Assembly: GCF_001194135.2 (NCBI RefSeq)
Contig: NC_068987.1
Span: 43,178,204-43,237,233 of the forward strand
DNA: 59,030 nucleotides
Direction: 5' to 3'
From: Octopus bimaculoides
Taxonomy: Eukaryota
How positions within the stretch are numbered: position 1 is the stretch's first letter; each line of letters opens with the position of its first letter. Below the pieces are notes generated by a model that ran no database searches, had not been told where the DNA came from, and saw nothing but the letters and a program-made list of their open reading frames with translations. The translations under genes and the position numbers were made by a program. This document shows, piece by piece, positions 50,401 through 58,595 of this stretch.

Positions 50401-51831
50401 CAAACTTTAAACACATAAACACATTATACGATCATGTAATCAGTATGCGTGCGCGCAACGACCGGATGTTGCGTACTAGTATCGAAAGATCGCCAGATGT
50501 TTTATATGACACATTCTACCAGTGTCCCAAGTTTGAAAGTGTTTCGTTAGAAAACAAATGGTGTCCGCCAAATCAGAAAGATCCACGCATTACCTCCGGT
50601 AATAAAAGTTATGCATTCATGTAACGTTATAAGCTTTCCTTCAATTAACCTTGTATGTTAACGCATTACCTCCGGTAATAAAAGCTATGACTTATTACAA
50701 TGAATTACTATTTTCTTGTTGTGAACAAGATGGTGACCCCTCTTTCTCTCATACCGACTAAATTATAGTGTGTCATTAAGTCAATGTTACTACAAAAAAT
50801 GGATAATCACTACAAATTTGTGCTCCTGACATTGTTGTACTGTTAATTACTCTTAGACAAGTGAATGGAGAGAGTTCAGTGTGTAACCAGACTCAGGTTG
50901 ATCAGAGACACTCAGTGATCCAAAGCTGAGAAAGTCATCAATCAGTTCAGTTTCACGAAGACAATTGAGAAGGTAAAAACAGCTAGTGTATAAAAGACTG
51001 GCACGCAGTCAGTGACGACGACGAAGTTTCCAGCTGATCCAGTCAACAGAAATAGTCTGCTCGTGAAATTAACGTGCAAGTGGCTAAGCATTCCACAAAC
51101 ACGCTTACCCTTATCGTAGTTCTCAGAGAGATTCAGCATGACACAGAATATGACAAGGTCGGTCCTTTGAAATACAGACGCAAGTCATTTTTGCCAGTTG
51201 AGTTGACTGGAATAATGTGTAATAAAGTATTTTGCTTAAGGACACAACACACTGCCCGGTATCGAACACACGATCGTGAGCCAAAAACCCTAATCACTTG
51301 GCCACACGCCTTCACCAAGTCAATATACAGCTTTAGTTTCATAAGCGTTAAACAGACACTGGTTGATGCTGATGACATTTCCCATTTGATCCGATATGTG
51401 TTTCTGACAGATAAACGGCAAGTAAGGATGTATGATTATGTGTTCTGCAGAGAGACTGAATATAGGAAAAACTTGTTTTCGTCAAATACGAACTGAGAAA
51501 CTAACATATTATCAGTTTGTTCGTTTAAAATGTACGAAGAAGTAAAAAAAAAACAAAAAAACTTTAGCCAAGGAAAGTGAATCAATAAAATAAAGTACCA
51601 TAAAGTATCAATGATGTGAATGGAATTATAACAGAAAACCCTTAAGTGTTCTCTCCAGTACACGGGCAGAAAAAAAAAAGACTGAAGATGCTCACCAAAT
51701 TCTGGGACAAAATCACATAATTTCTGTAAACTTGTATCGTCTGTAATTGGCTTTTCTCTTTTCAATAACTTTTGGAAAACACTTTTAAGACCCTCATTGA
51801 AAGTTTCGGCAAATTTCTCTCTTGTTTCCAT
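16528..51831 (-). CDS. BRAT1: BRCA1-associated ATM activator 1 / Integrator assembly factor BRAT1 orthologue; gene span, 8 coding exons, 805 aa
   Basis: Exons 136+297+388+108+328+232+170+759 = 2418 nt with consistent phases (1,1,2,2,0,1,0). Motifs match recalled human BRAT1: PITDDTSLQKLCDF (PVADDTCLEKLLDW), LCHPQWEIRDSAMEFL (LCHPCWEVRDSALEFL), DGESYVRA (DPESYVRA), terminal DCY. Confidence 0.92.
19663..19832 (-). CDS. BRAT1: BRAT1 exon 7
   Basis: Acceptor ctttaacag|19832 (phase 1), donor 19663|gtcagt (phase 0). PEFQLWIQENKLHSLAYSSLSDGESYVRATCISALLHL. Confidence 0.88.
20518..23476 (-). mobile_element. hAT transposon (Buster/Charlie type), near full length, decayed
   Basis: From ATG 22944: BED finger CLLC…DHLEKIH, PLSANTVQQCIDEM, FSIQLNEST, HTEVRWLS, AFP..YMVEVGF (ORFs 22071-22784, 21797-22066, 21075-21533). 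Ends CAAAGATCCCCAAAC (20518) and TTTGGAGACCCCTG (23476). 8-bp flanks GCCAGAAG / GTCTAAAG match at 5 of 8. Confidence 0.9.
21545..21765. mobile_element. piggyBac-type MITE nested in the hAT transposase
   Basis: TTAA|CCCTTTAG…CTAAAGGG|TTAA. Perfect 8-bp terminal inverted repeats, TTAA at 21541-21544 and 21766-21769, 221 bp, non-coding. Confidence 0.9.
23988..24219 (-). CDS. BRAT1: BRAT1 exon 6
   Basis: Acceptor tttacaatag|24219 (phase 0), donor 23988|gtaagt (phase 1). Contains LCHPQWEIRDSAMEFL. Confidence 0.9.
24474..25229 (+). mobile_element. RTE-type LINE 3' end, young-looking
   Basis: SISCGVQERRLHWYGHVVRMDEDSCVKKCHTLTVEGTRGRGRPRKTW…; (GAT)n tail at ~25215-25229. The segment around the 10-N gap (24848-24857) is repeated. 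Confidence 0.92.
26551..27857 (-). mobile_element. DD41D (rosa/Visitor-type) Tc1-mariner transposon, decayed
   Basis: TIRs AGGGTGAGGCAGAGGGGAAGGACGTTTTTGA and TCAAAAAACGTCCATCCTCTCTGCCC. Motifs SVTAVQHEF…PENVERIRQ, MTDEAHFHLNG.VN..N, FQ*D…WP..SPDLSMCDYFL. The D-D spacing reads 39, or 41 if the two missing residues of GATAHTA are restored. Confidence 0.85.
28133..28285 (-). mobile_element. tRNA-derived SINE
   Basis: Reverse complement of the family at 6798 (CTTCTTTCAGTTTCTGTCTACCAAATTTACTCACAAGG…CCACACAGCCACAC). Confidence 0.7.
28660..28755. repeat. (TA)n/(GA)n microsatellite
   Basis: Seen directly. Confidence 0.95.
28855..30365 (+). mobile_element. RTE-type LINE, 5'-truncated, decayed
   Basis: ELLYADDL (~29010-29035), VNLTKSKV, Cys/His module, FHYRGDQVSSGSG, 3' UTR and (GAT)n tail at ~30355. 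Confidence 0.9.
30758..33421. repeat. large foldback palindrome: arms ~30758-31975 and ~32131-33421, loop ~155 bp containing (TG)n
   Basis: GTGTGTTATGTGAATTTATGGAAAGGTATCCCATAGAACTCAAC (30758-) is inverse to GTTGAGTTCTATGGGATACCTTTCCATAAATTCACATAACACAC (-33421). Complementarity continues inward to AGTATACTCATACCAGTGCA / TGCACCGGTATGAGTATACT. Confidence 0.95.
33557..33635. repeat. (CA)n(TA)n microsatellite
   Basis: Seen directly. Confidence 0.95.
33897..34224 (-). CDS. BRAT1: BRAT1 exon 5 (5' boundary uncertain)
   Basis: Donor 33897|gtagat, phase 0, within ORF 33870-34313. The nearest acceptor matching the phase-2 donor of exon 4 is ttttgag|34224 (see findings). Confidence 0.75.
34336..34443 (-). 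CDS. BRAT1: BRAT1 exon 4; not in the ORF track
   Basis: Acceptor catttttaatcaag|34443, donor 34336|gtcagt, 108 nt, phase 2-2. Only one open frame: ISKNEKIEKVLVIFHQLDSKEDDDRVRSFVEKLMK. Confidence 0.75.
35347..35734 (-). CDS. BRAT1: BRAT1 exon 3
   Basis: Acceptor ttttttttcag|35734 (phase 1), donor 35347|gtaagt (phase 2). ALDVIYKESSIFLTKEASKFLSQLL resembles human DSSLFVASAASQLL. Confidence 0.88.
35880..36120 (+). mobile_element. C-terminal fragment of a second RTE lineage (BovB/RTE-1-like)
   Basis: Translates as PHQLLFVELASGTRP…FKDTL…IDPNIWETI…WHAIVKG, the typical RTE ORF2 end, but different in sequence from the dominant family. Confidence 0.55.
36120..37930 (+). mobile_element. RTE-type LINE, longer and older copy
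   Basis: ORF 36662-37093: QFRFIWGRSTTDAIFIVRQLQEKY…AFVNLEKAFDRV…GVHQGSVLSP. Upstream KTGKAPGPSGI. Tail (GAT)n at ~37920. Confidence 0.9.
38195..39475 (+). mobile_element. RTE-type LINE, 5'-truncated
   Basis: KLEVVDSFRCLGNQVSS…RLYDACVQTAMLHGSETW…GRPRK, repeat-rich 3' UTR, (GAT)n tail 39458-39475. Confidence 0.92.
39845..40850 (-). mobile_element. RTE-type LINE, 5'-truncated, inverted relative to its neighbour
   Basis: ORF 40630-40830 LEVVDSFHYLG. Its reverse complement matches the copy at 38195-39475. Confidence 0.88.
42276..42572 (-). CDS. BRAT1: BRAT1 exon 2
   Basis: Acceptor atttttccag|42572, donor 42276|gtaaga, 297 nt, phase 1-1. SLLFATQIAGSLAQNEVIFNHY resembles human [22 protein letters not shown]. 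Confidence 0.88.
42620..42930 (-). mobile_element. RTE 3'-tail / LINE-tailed SINE copy
   Basis: CATCATCATT…CTTTCCATGCTGGTATGGGTTGGATGG…CTCCAATCTGATCTGGCA…GTAGTGGGTGCTTTTT, the same tail as the RTE copies. Lies ~50 bp from the BRAT1 exon 2 acceptor. Confidence 0.85.
43441..43870 (+). mobile_element. tandem dimer of a tRNA-derived SINE
   Basis: AGGTGGCGAGCTGGCAGAAACATTAGCATGCCAGG…GTTCAAATTCC (B box), then a second unit restarting at AGAAACATTAGCATGCCAGG (~43675). Confidence 0.85.
43870..44410 (+). mobile_element. CR1/L2-group LINE 3' end with (ATT)n tail
   Basis: ORF 43990-44184 SNTCGHTYKVRKQHSSHDFWKHFFTLSVVEAWNKL matches the TRGH..KL…FF..RVV..WN.LP C-terminal signature. (ATT)n at ~44367-44410. 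Confidence 0.8.
44905..46372 (+). mobile_element. RTE-type LINE, 5'-truncated, spanning a 483-N gap
   Basis: Intact Cys/His module 44949-45080, ORF 45105- (FCYQGDQVSSGGG…LHGSETW), 3' UTR and long (GAT)n tail to ~46372. Ns at 45496-45978. Confidence 0.92.
46457..46645 (+). mobile_element. tRNA-derived SINE
   Basis: GGTGGTGAGCTGG…GCATGCCAGGCAAAATGCTTAGC…AAGTACCAGTTGAGTACT, same family as 43441. Confidence 0.75.
47594..48043 (+). repeat. 5' LTR (~450 bp)
   Basis: TG start, TATA-like CTTATATAAAGG (~47737), AATAAA 47890-47895, end TCACTATA. Last ~155 bp is repeated at 50675-50814. Confidence 0.85.
48047..48060 (+). promoter_or_regulatory. primer-binding site (degenerate)
   Basis: TGGAGAACCCAACG begins 3 nt after the LTR end and resembles the TGGTGACCCCGACG gypsy PBS. 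Confidence 0.55.
50193..50624 (+). other. orphan 143-codon open frame of unknown origin inside the gypsy element
   Basis: ORF track. Starts where pol similarity stops (~50185), in a different frame from pol. No domain recognised; no upstream ATG. Confidence 0.4.
50675..50814 (+). repeat. 3' LTR, only the distal ~140 bp present
   Basis: Matches 47888-48043 with 4 substitutions and two short deletions; ends TCACTACA. Confidence 0.9.
50980..51316 (-). mobile_element. tRNA-derived SINE with conserved central domain
   Basis: Minus strand reads GGCGTGTGGCCAAGTG (A box)…GTTCGATACC (B box)…GTGTCCTTAAGCAAAATACTT, then …CTCAACTGGCAAAAATG. Confidence 0.8.
51696..51831 (-). CDS. BRAT1: BRAT1 first coding exon
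   Basis: ATG 51831, METREKFAETF…REKPITDDTSLQKLCDFVPEF, donor 51696|gtgagc (phase 1, joins exon 2). The exact start Met is inferred. Confidence 0.85.
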
Positions 51832-51904
51832 TCCTTCGTTTATGCAAGTGCAATGACTGGATTTAACTAAAATATGAAGCCGTTGATTATTTCGTTTCAC
51901 CTAA

Positions 51905-52257
51905 TAAAATTTTTTTTTAATAATTATTTAATATGTTTTCTTTTAATCTCACATTCATAAAAATCAGTGAATTTTCATTTTTTTTATACAAAACTTTTAT
52001 TTTTAATTTCAGTAAAAATGAATGTATATTAAGATTAATATAATTTAATAACATTATTTGACTTCATATTCATAGTTACAATGTTTTTGATAACATAAAT
52101 TCACTCATAAATTTTGACTATATTCTAAATTCAAAGTATATAGTATACTACAGCCTTCTCCGAGTAGTGAAAAACCAGCCAAATTTGTTACACATTGATC
52201 CAGCGGTTTGGCCGTGCATAGAGGAAACACACAGACAGTGAATTTTATAGATATAGA
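51905..52257 (-). mobile_element. possible non-autonomous Helitron-like element
   Basis: Minus strand starts A|TCTATATCTATAAAA…TGTCTGTGTGT…AAACCGCTGGATCAAT…AAATTTGG, like DINE-1/Lep1-type 5' ends. No CTAG 3' end found, so the left coordinate is a guess. Confidence 0.45.
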
Positions 52258-52259
52258 TT

Positions 52260-52430
52260 CCTTGAGTTTATTTCATTAAAAAAACTTTCAAGGTATTTCG
52301 TTTCAGCCAATTTATTTTAGTTCTTAAGATTTCCTTCTTTAGTTCTTAGCTTCAGGGGACATAACCGAATAGGTCACGTGGTCTTCCTTTAGTCGATCCG
52401 AAGAACTCCTTGGTTATTTTTCTACCCAGA
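52260..52430. promoter_or_regulatory. candidate (bidirectional) promoter region
   Basis: Local CpG enrichment in very AT-rich flanks and E-box GGTCACGTGG (CACGTG 52375-52380), between the BRAT1 ATG (-) and a divergent ATG (+). Confidence 0.45.
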
Positions 52431-52472
52431 ATGGCTTCGAGGGTTTGTCGGAGTCTTATCCATCCCGTTAGA
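52431..52472 (+). CDS. putative first coding exon of a divergent gene (MASRVCRSLIHPVR)
   Basis: ATG 52431, 14 codons, then a consensus donor AGA|GTAAGT. The peptide is Arg-rich with no acidic residues. No second exon found in the window. Confidence 0.35.
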
Positions 52473-53050
52473 GTAAGTCATTATACTTTTTTAAGTTAAA
52501 ATGATGAAATTATGTACATGATACCAAATATAACGTCTTGTTGCTTTTTTTGTTCTTGTTAGTCTTTTTCTTTCATATGTAACCACCACCAAGGTCGTTT
52601 GTTACAGATAGCAATAACTTTAAAAAATGTCTTTATTTTTTAAAGAATTTTCCATCATACTCTGTCTTGCGCAGTTTAGTAATTATTATTTAGTTTCATA
52701 AATAAAAGAAAGGCGAATTAAATAATTGAAATTTAAAATTAACAAGAAAACACTTCATATTCCTTTATGAACAGAAAGCGTAGTTTGTCGGTCATTTGTT
52801 ATTGACAAGGACAGTGCTCTCAACCCATTCGACTCACCACCTTTAAACCTTATCCACTTTCAGATCAATGATATATTCCTATTAGAGATGATAATATAAT
52901 TATTAATTATTGCTGTTAGTCTGTTGCTTTGAAACATTTTATTATGTTCTGTTCTTTTTGTTGACCCACACCTTTGTGAAGGGTATGAACGTCACATAGT
53001 CCAAATTTTGAAGGCATCATGCTGAGAATTAACAAATCGTTATTTACCTA

Positions 53051-53200
53051 TAGGGTGGACATTGGAATTAAACACTGAGGGAAAATGGCTGTAACTTTTT
53101 AATTTTGACGATTTTCGTTTTCGATAATGTGTTCTATATGTCACGGTCATGCGATTAGTTACAGCCATTTTCCCTCAGTGTCTAATTCAAATGTCCACCA
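53051..53200. mobile_element. ~150 bp MITE with ~43 bp TIRs (Tc1/mariner-like ends)
   Basis: GGTGGACATTGGAATTAAACACTGAGGGAAAATGGCTGTAACT is inverse to AGTTACAGCCATTTTCCCTCAGTGTCTAATTCAAATGTCCACC (2 mismatches). Preceded by TA. Confidence 0.85.
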
Positions 53201-54478
53201 AGCTATGTAGATGGAATAAATGAAATGGTTAATGTTTACCTCTTGACAATGAAACTAATCTGTCCTGGGGTTTTTTGCTCTACTAAAAGGCGGTGCTCCA
53301 GCATGGCCACAGTCAAATGACTGAAACAAGTAAAAAAAAGTATTATTATTAGCGCTTTCGTTCGTTTCTCGAACTTGTCAAATAACATTTTGTGAATGTA
53401 CAACCAGCTTGTTCATTTATATAAAACAGATGTTTTTTTTTTGGAGGTGGGGTAGATGTCAGAGATATACATATGTGGGAAATTGTCTGTGGGTGTGTTG
53501 TGGAGTTGTTAGCTAACTCCTACATCGTTTTATTGATTTTGATGAAACGTGAGTAGAACTCATGTCTGGAACCCTCAGAGCATACTCAGATTGTTGAAAA
53601 AAATCGATAATCCCTGGAAGTGATCCTTATATATATATATATATAATATAATTTATTTTAAAAACCAATGGAAATAACTCATTCACCCCTGAAAGGATCC
53701 TTATATATAGTCAAGGGAAGTAACCCATTTATTTTCCTAAATTATTTGATAAAAATGAAATTGAGTATGCTTATTTCTTAGTATTTGAACTGTTAGAGTT
53801 ATTTTCGCATTTTATCCAGTACAACCCTTAAACAAGTAAATAGGTATTTTCCTAAACAATAGATCCACTAATTTGGGTTAGTGACTTATTCACGAATATA
53901 CCAACACTAGCGCCCTGGAGGGTAATATTCTCTGGGAATGCACCAAAGCCCTTTTCAGAGTTATTTACTTTGAATTGTTATTATCTCATATCTGATTAGC
54001 CTGTTATTACGTAACATGCTTCACGATTTTAGTATACATACCTTACTTGTATTTCCTCCTATATTCTATCTACTCTGTTGGGGGCTACATTAGTTGAATT
54101 TTTACTATTGGGTAACTAATTTCAAGTTATTATATAACTGACTTCACAATTTGGGTATTCATAACTTATTGGGAATTCCTAAAAACAAGATCCTGTGTAA
54201 GACAGTTCAGTATTCTCTGTAAATGCACAAAGACCATTTTAAGAGCTACATACTTAGTGTTGTTGTTACTGGATTAGCAAAACAATTATGAGAACGGAAC
54301 CAAGGGATAAGCCCCGCCTTCCTGGGAATTACCAGGTACGTCATCTAGTTATGAATATGCAAAAGAAAAAAATTTTAAATTGGGGGAGGGGCGAAATTTG
54401 AGAACCTTATTAAACTTTATAACATTAATTATTAAATATTAACATCTGTTTCTCATAAAATGGTGTATATTTAATGCC

Positions 54479-54587
54479 AAATTAGATTGGAGCCTGGTGT
54501 TGCCATCCGGTTTCACCAGTCCTCAGTCAAATCGTCCAACCCATGCTAGCATGGAAAGCGGACGTTAAACGATGATGATGATGATTA
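54479..54587 (+). mobile_element. isolated RTE 3' tail (~110 bp) with (GAT)n
   Basis: Nearly identical to 25123-25229 and ~46255-46372. Confidence 0.85.
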
Positions 54588-55039
54588 TTTAAGCTAAACA
54601 CAAGTAAAACGCAAATTCTTTTCACTTTAATGTTTCTGTCTATTTAATTTCGATTTGCATATGTTTGTCAATTCGCTACAATCTCTATAAAGTAAACAAA
54701 ATCAAAAATTTTAAATGGGGAGGTGAGGCTGAAATAAAAGTTTTTGCATATTCGTAATCTCTGACATCTAAAACAGGAATCCGACAAAATTTTTTCAAAA
54801 AAATGCATTTTTCAAGGAGAGATGCAAGACTGCATTAGTCCCTCCTCCCCCCATTGTTTTTGTTTTTTGGGGTGAGGTTCCACTGACAATGGAGATGGAT
54901 AGATAGAAATATAGGTAGGTAGATAGGCTGATAGATAGAGAGAGGGAGAGGGATCCTCCTTCCTATTCACCATTCATTTATTTAGTCATTTACCATTGTA
55001 TTGGAATGGGTTTAAGGATGGTGACCTCTTTAAAAAAAT

Positions 55040-56780
55040 AAAAACACAGGTGTGGTATGGTCATCTTTGAGTTAGATAAGGAAAAATTTGCCAATGTTCT
55101 GCGCCATGAAGACCAAAGACTTAAGGTATTTTGTGTTGCAAGACAGTGTGTGAGAGAGAATCGTGATGTCGTAGGAGAGAAATGTGTTCGCATGGATGAT
55201 GGTACACTTGTACTAAACAAGGCTGCAAAGAAAGAGGTTTGGAAATGTCACTATGAAAGGCTGCTTAATAAAGAGAATGAATGGGAAGAAGAGAGTACAG
55301 CGAAGAATTCAGGGTAGAGGTAGGGGTCCACCAAGGTTCAGTCCTCAGCCCCCTCCTATTTATCATAGTCCTCCAGGCAATAACACAGGAATTCAAGATG
55401 GGGTGCCCCTGGGAGCTTCTCTATGCTGATGACCTTGCTCTAATTGCTGAGTCACTATCAGGACTAGAGGAGAGGTTTCAGATGTGGAAGCAAGGATTAG
55501 AATCGAAGGGCCTTAGAGTCAACTTAGCTAAAACCAAATTCCTAATAAGTAGTAAGGTAGACAAAATACAAACTCCTTCAGGTAGATGGCCCTGCTCGAT
55601 CTGTAGGAAAAGCGTAGGTAGAAACTCCATAAGATGTACCCAGTGTAAGCTATGGACACATAAGAGGTACAGCAATATCAAAGGAAGGCTAACTAGCAAG
55701 ATAGTTTTTGTATGTGGCAGATGCTCAAGAGCAATAAACTCTGAAAATGTGCAGAAAACAACCTTTGCCACATTCCAGGTTGAAAAACTAGAAGTAGTTG
55801 ATAGCTTCCGCTATCTTGGTGACCAAGTTAGTAGTGGAGGAGGATGCGCTGAAAGTGTAGCTGCTAGAATAAGAATAGCCTGTGCAAAGTTCAGAGAGCT
55901 CTTACCTCTGCTGGTGACAAAGGGCCTCTCGCTCAGAGTAAAAGGCAGACTATGACGCATGTGTATGAAGCACCATGCTACATGGCAGTGAAATTTGGGC
56001 CGTGACTGCTGAGGACATGCGTAAACTCACAAGGAATGAAGCCAGTATGCTCCAATGGATGTGTAATGTCAGTGTGCATACTCGACAATGTAAGTACCTC
56101 GAGAGAAAAGTTAGACCTAAGAAGCATCAGTTGTCGTGTGCAAGAGAGACGATTGCACTGGTATGGACATGTGGCAAGAATGGATGAGGATAGCTGTGTG
56201 AAAAAGTGCTACACCCTAGCTGTTGAGGGAACCTGTGGAAGAGGTAGACCCAGGAAGACCAGGGATGAGGTGGTGAAGCACGACCTTCGAACTTTAGGCC
56301 TCACGGAGACAATGACATCTGACCAGGATCTTTGGAAATATGCAGTACGTGAGAAGACCTGGCAAGCCAAGTGAGAGCATAATCTGTGGCCTCTGCCAGA
56401 AGTGTAGCCAACTCACTTATTCGTATCTTTACTTCATTGGACACTAAACTCTGCTTGCAAAGACCTGTTGGGGCAAGTGAAATCGAAATTATAATTGAGC
56501 CATATTCGATGACTGGCACCTGCGCCAGTGGAGCACTAACAGCACTGTCCGAGCATGTTCATTGCCAGAGCAGCTGTCTGCTTCCGTGCTAGTGGCCCGT
56601 AAATAGCACCACTTGAGCGTAATCGTTACCAGCGTCGCCTTCTAGCACTTTTGCTGGTCGCACGTTAGAAAATCATTCGAGCGAGGTCGTTGCCAGTGCC
56701 GCTGGACTGGCTCATGTGCAGGTGGCACATAAAAAACACCATTTTGAGCGTGGCCGTTGCCAGTACCATGTGACTGGCCC
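55040..56780 (+). mobile_element. RTE-type LINE with an internal deletion, 3' end truncated
   Basis: ORF 55281-55955: GVHQGSVLSP, WELLYADDL, VNLAKTK, Cys/His module, FRYLG. ORF 56036-56374 is the C-terminus. An internal jump occurs near 55290. Confidence 0.93.
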
Positions 56781-57289
56781 TCCAAGCTGTCACACTAACA
56801 TTGTCAGCAACACCATTAACGTCTGTCTTTCATGCTGGCTTACATTAGCAGGTTCAACAAAATCTGACTGGTTGAAGGACTGTGTTGAGCAACAATATCT
56901 ACTTTAGCATAGGTTGCATAATTGGATCCCCTTCCTAACGCCGATACAATAAAACCAAGATATTAGAGTGTTTGGCATGATCTTCAACCATCTGGAAGCT
57001 TCCTTGAGCAGGACTAACTAAGACTAGATAGCAACAATATAAGTAGATACAATACAGATACAAAAGTATATGCTCATCTTAACTGTTTACTTTTTTAGTA
57101 TGTGTGGACATGGCAAACTCAGATCCACTGAATTAATTGTTCTGTACTAATATGAAAGTTTTTACATAGTTGATCAAGTCTATAAAATTAGTAGCCAAAT
57201 TTATCTTGAATCACACACTCCATTATCTCAAAAAGGAAGAATAGATTGGATAATGTAATCTTAGATGCATTATTCCTAGAAAAAAATAA

Positions 57290-57812
57290 AATAGTGATGA
57301 TCAGGGCTAAAATGTACATTGAGGTCCTGGAAATAATTAAGCCCTGGATAGACAGTGTATACAATGGAAGGCCATATATGTTTCAGTAAGACTGCACTAT
57401 CACACATGGCTCTAGCAACACGGGAATGGATGGCTGAAAATTTTCATAATCACATAACCCCTAACATTTGGCCTCCTAATTCCCCAGATCTCAATCCATT
57501 GGACTACTACATGTGGAGTGTTATTGAGAGAGAGATCAATGAACATGCCCATAACACTAAAGATTCTTTGAAAGCTGCCATAGTTAGAGTAATGTCCAAA
57601 ATGAACCAGGACCACTTGATTTGAGCATGTAGAGGATTTAGATCTCATATAGAAGCAGTTGTTGAAGCTGAAGGTGTCTTTATTGAATAACATTATAGAA
57701 AAGAAGGTTTATTTTTATCCTCATAGCATTTTTTTGATAAAGTTATTATCTGTTATTATCTGTTTCTTTTTTTATAAACATAAGTCTGTCCTCAAATATC
57801 TTATGCACCCTG
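57290..57812 (+). mobile_element. maT (DD37D) transposon, 3' fragment
   Basis: FQ*D…SHMALATREWMAENF…WPPNSPDLNPLDYYMW: 37 residues between the Ds after correcting one frameshift. Ends ATCTTATGCACCCTG|TA. Confidence 0.85.
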
Positions 57813-58084
57813 TATATCAAGACAATTTTATTTCTTTAGCTGTTGTTTAGCCCCAGGTCAGCCTTGGTCAAGCAAACATATGATCAAGATGTTCCCATTG
57901 TGCTCACTCCAGCCCCTCTTTTATTGAAATGTGTAGGGAGGGCTACATTATCTTTATCCCTCCTTTTAGATGATATGGTATGATTAAAAGTTCAGCTGCT
58001 ATTTGTAATAGTTAAGTGACCACAAATTCTTGTCACTTAGCTGTGGAATATGCTAAATCTTTGAGAGAAAGTTCATCATTGTTG

Positions 58085-58290
58085 TTTAATGTCTGCTTTC
58101 TATACTGGCATGGGTTGGACGGTTTGACTGAAGACTGGCAAGCCAGAAGGCTGTACCGGGCTCCAATCTGATCTGGCAAAGTTTCTACAGCTGGATGCCC
58201 TTCCTAACGCCAACCACTCCAAGTCAGTCAGGTTGCACTGGTATCAGCCACACTTGAATGGTGCTTTTTGCGTGCCACCATTTGAGTGTG
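58085..58290 (-). mobile_element. RTE-tail/SINE copy
   Basis: TTTAATGTCTGCTTTC…GCATGGGTTGGACGG…CTGGATGCCCTTCCTAACGCCAACCACTCC. Confidence 0.8.
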
Positions 58291-58409
58291 GTTGTTTGAG
58301 AGAAAGTTACTTCTAATAAATTAGTGTCTTTTCTAGGGAGAAAATTAATTTCTTATCCACTTAATGGCTATGAGAACTGTATCTACTGATCCTATGATTT
58401 CTTGTGTTC

Positions 58410-58595
58410 TAGCACTGGTGTTGGTGTTACATGAAAAAGCACACATTACACTCTGTAAAGTGGTTAACATTAGGAAGGGCATCCAGCTATAGAAACCATG
58501 TGAAAACAGACAATTGGAGCAACTCTCTGGCATGCCAGCTGCTGTCAAACTGCCCAATCCATGCCAGTATGGAAAACGGACATTAAATGATGATA
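58410..58595 (+). mobile_element. RTE-tail/SINE copy, degenerate
   Basis: AAAAAGCAC…TTAGGAAGGGCATCCAGCTATAGAAACC…CCATGCCAGTATGGAAAACGGACATTAAATGATGAT. Confidence 0.75.

Larger units (their letters stand above)
47594..50814 (+). mobile_element. Ty3/gypsy LTR retrotransposon, defective, in BRAT1 intron 1 (antisense to the gene)
   Basis: Termini TGTAGTCA (47594) and TCACTACA (50814). gag: LWFAQLD…TYDALRTEIL…EENLGDRTPSGFLRRIREL, Cys-His-like CWY..CF..KA.HC..PC. Protease VNTGSSCSILP (D to N). RT: FSKVDL..AYYQIP, TPFG.FEF..MPFGLRN, AYVDDLL, FLGH. Many stops; RNase H and integrase absent. Confidence 0.93.

Noticed and set aside
51074-51496. 140-aa plus-strand ORF
   Set aside because: Lies largely over the antisense strand of a SINE; no domain recognised.
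51436-51695. C-terminal part of the 154-aa ORF 51436-51900
   Set aside because: Read-through into intron 1 after the GTGAG donor; Phe-rich, intron-like sequence.
54290-54720. GC box and octamer (ATTTGCAT 54653-54660) as an snRNA-type promoter
   Set aside because: No snRNA or tRNA gene body is visible nearby; the motifs are short and sit in probable repeat-derived DNA.
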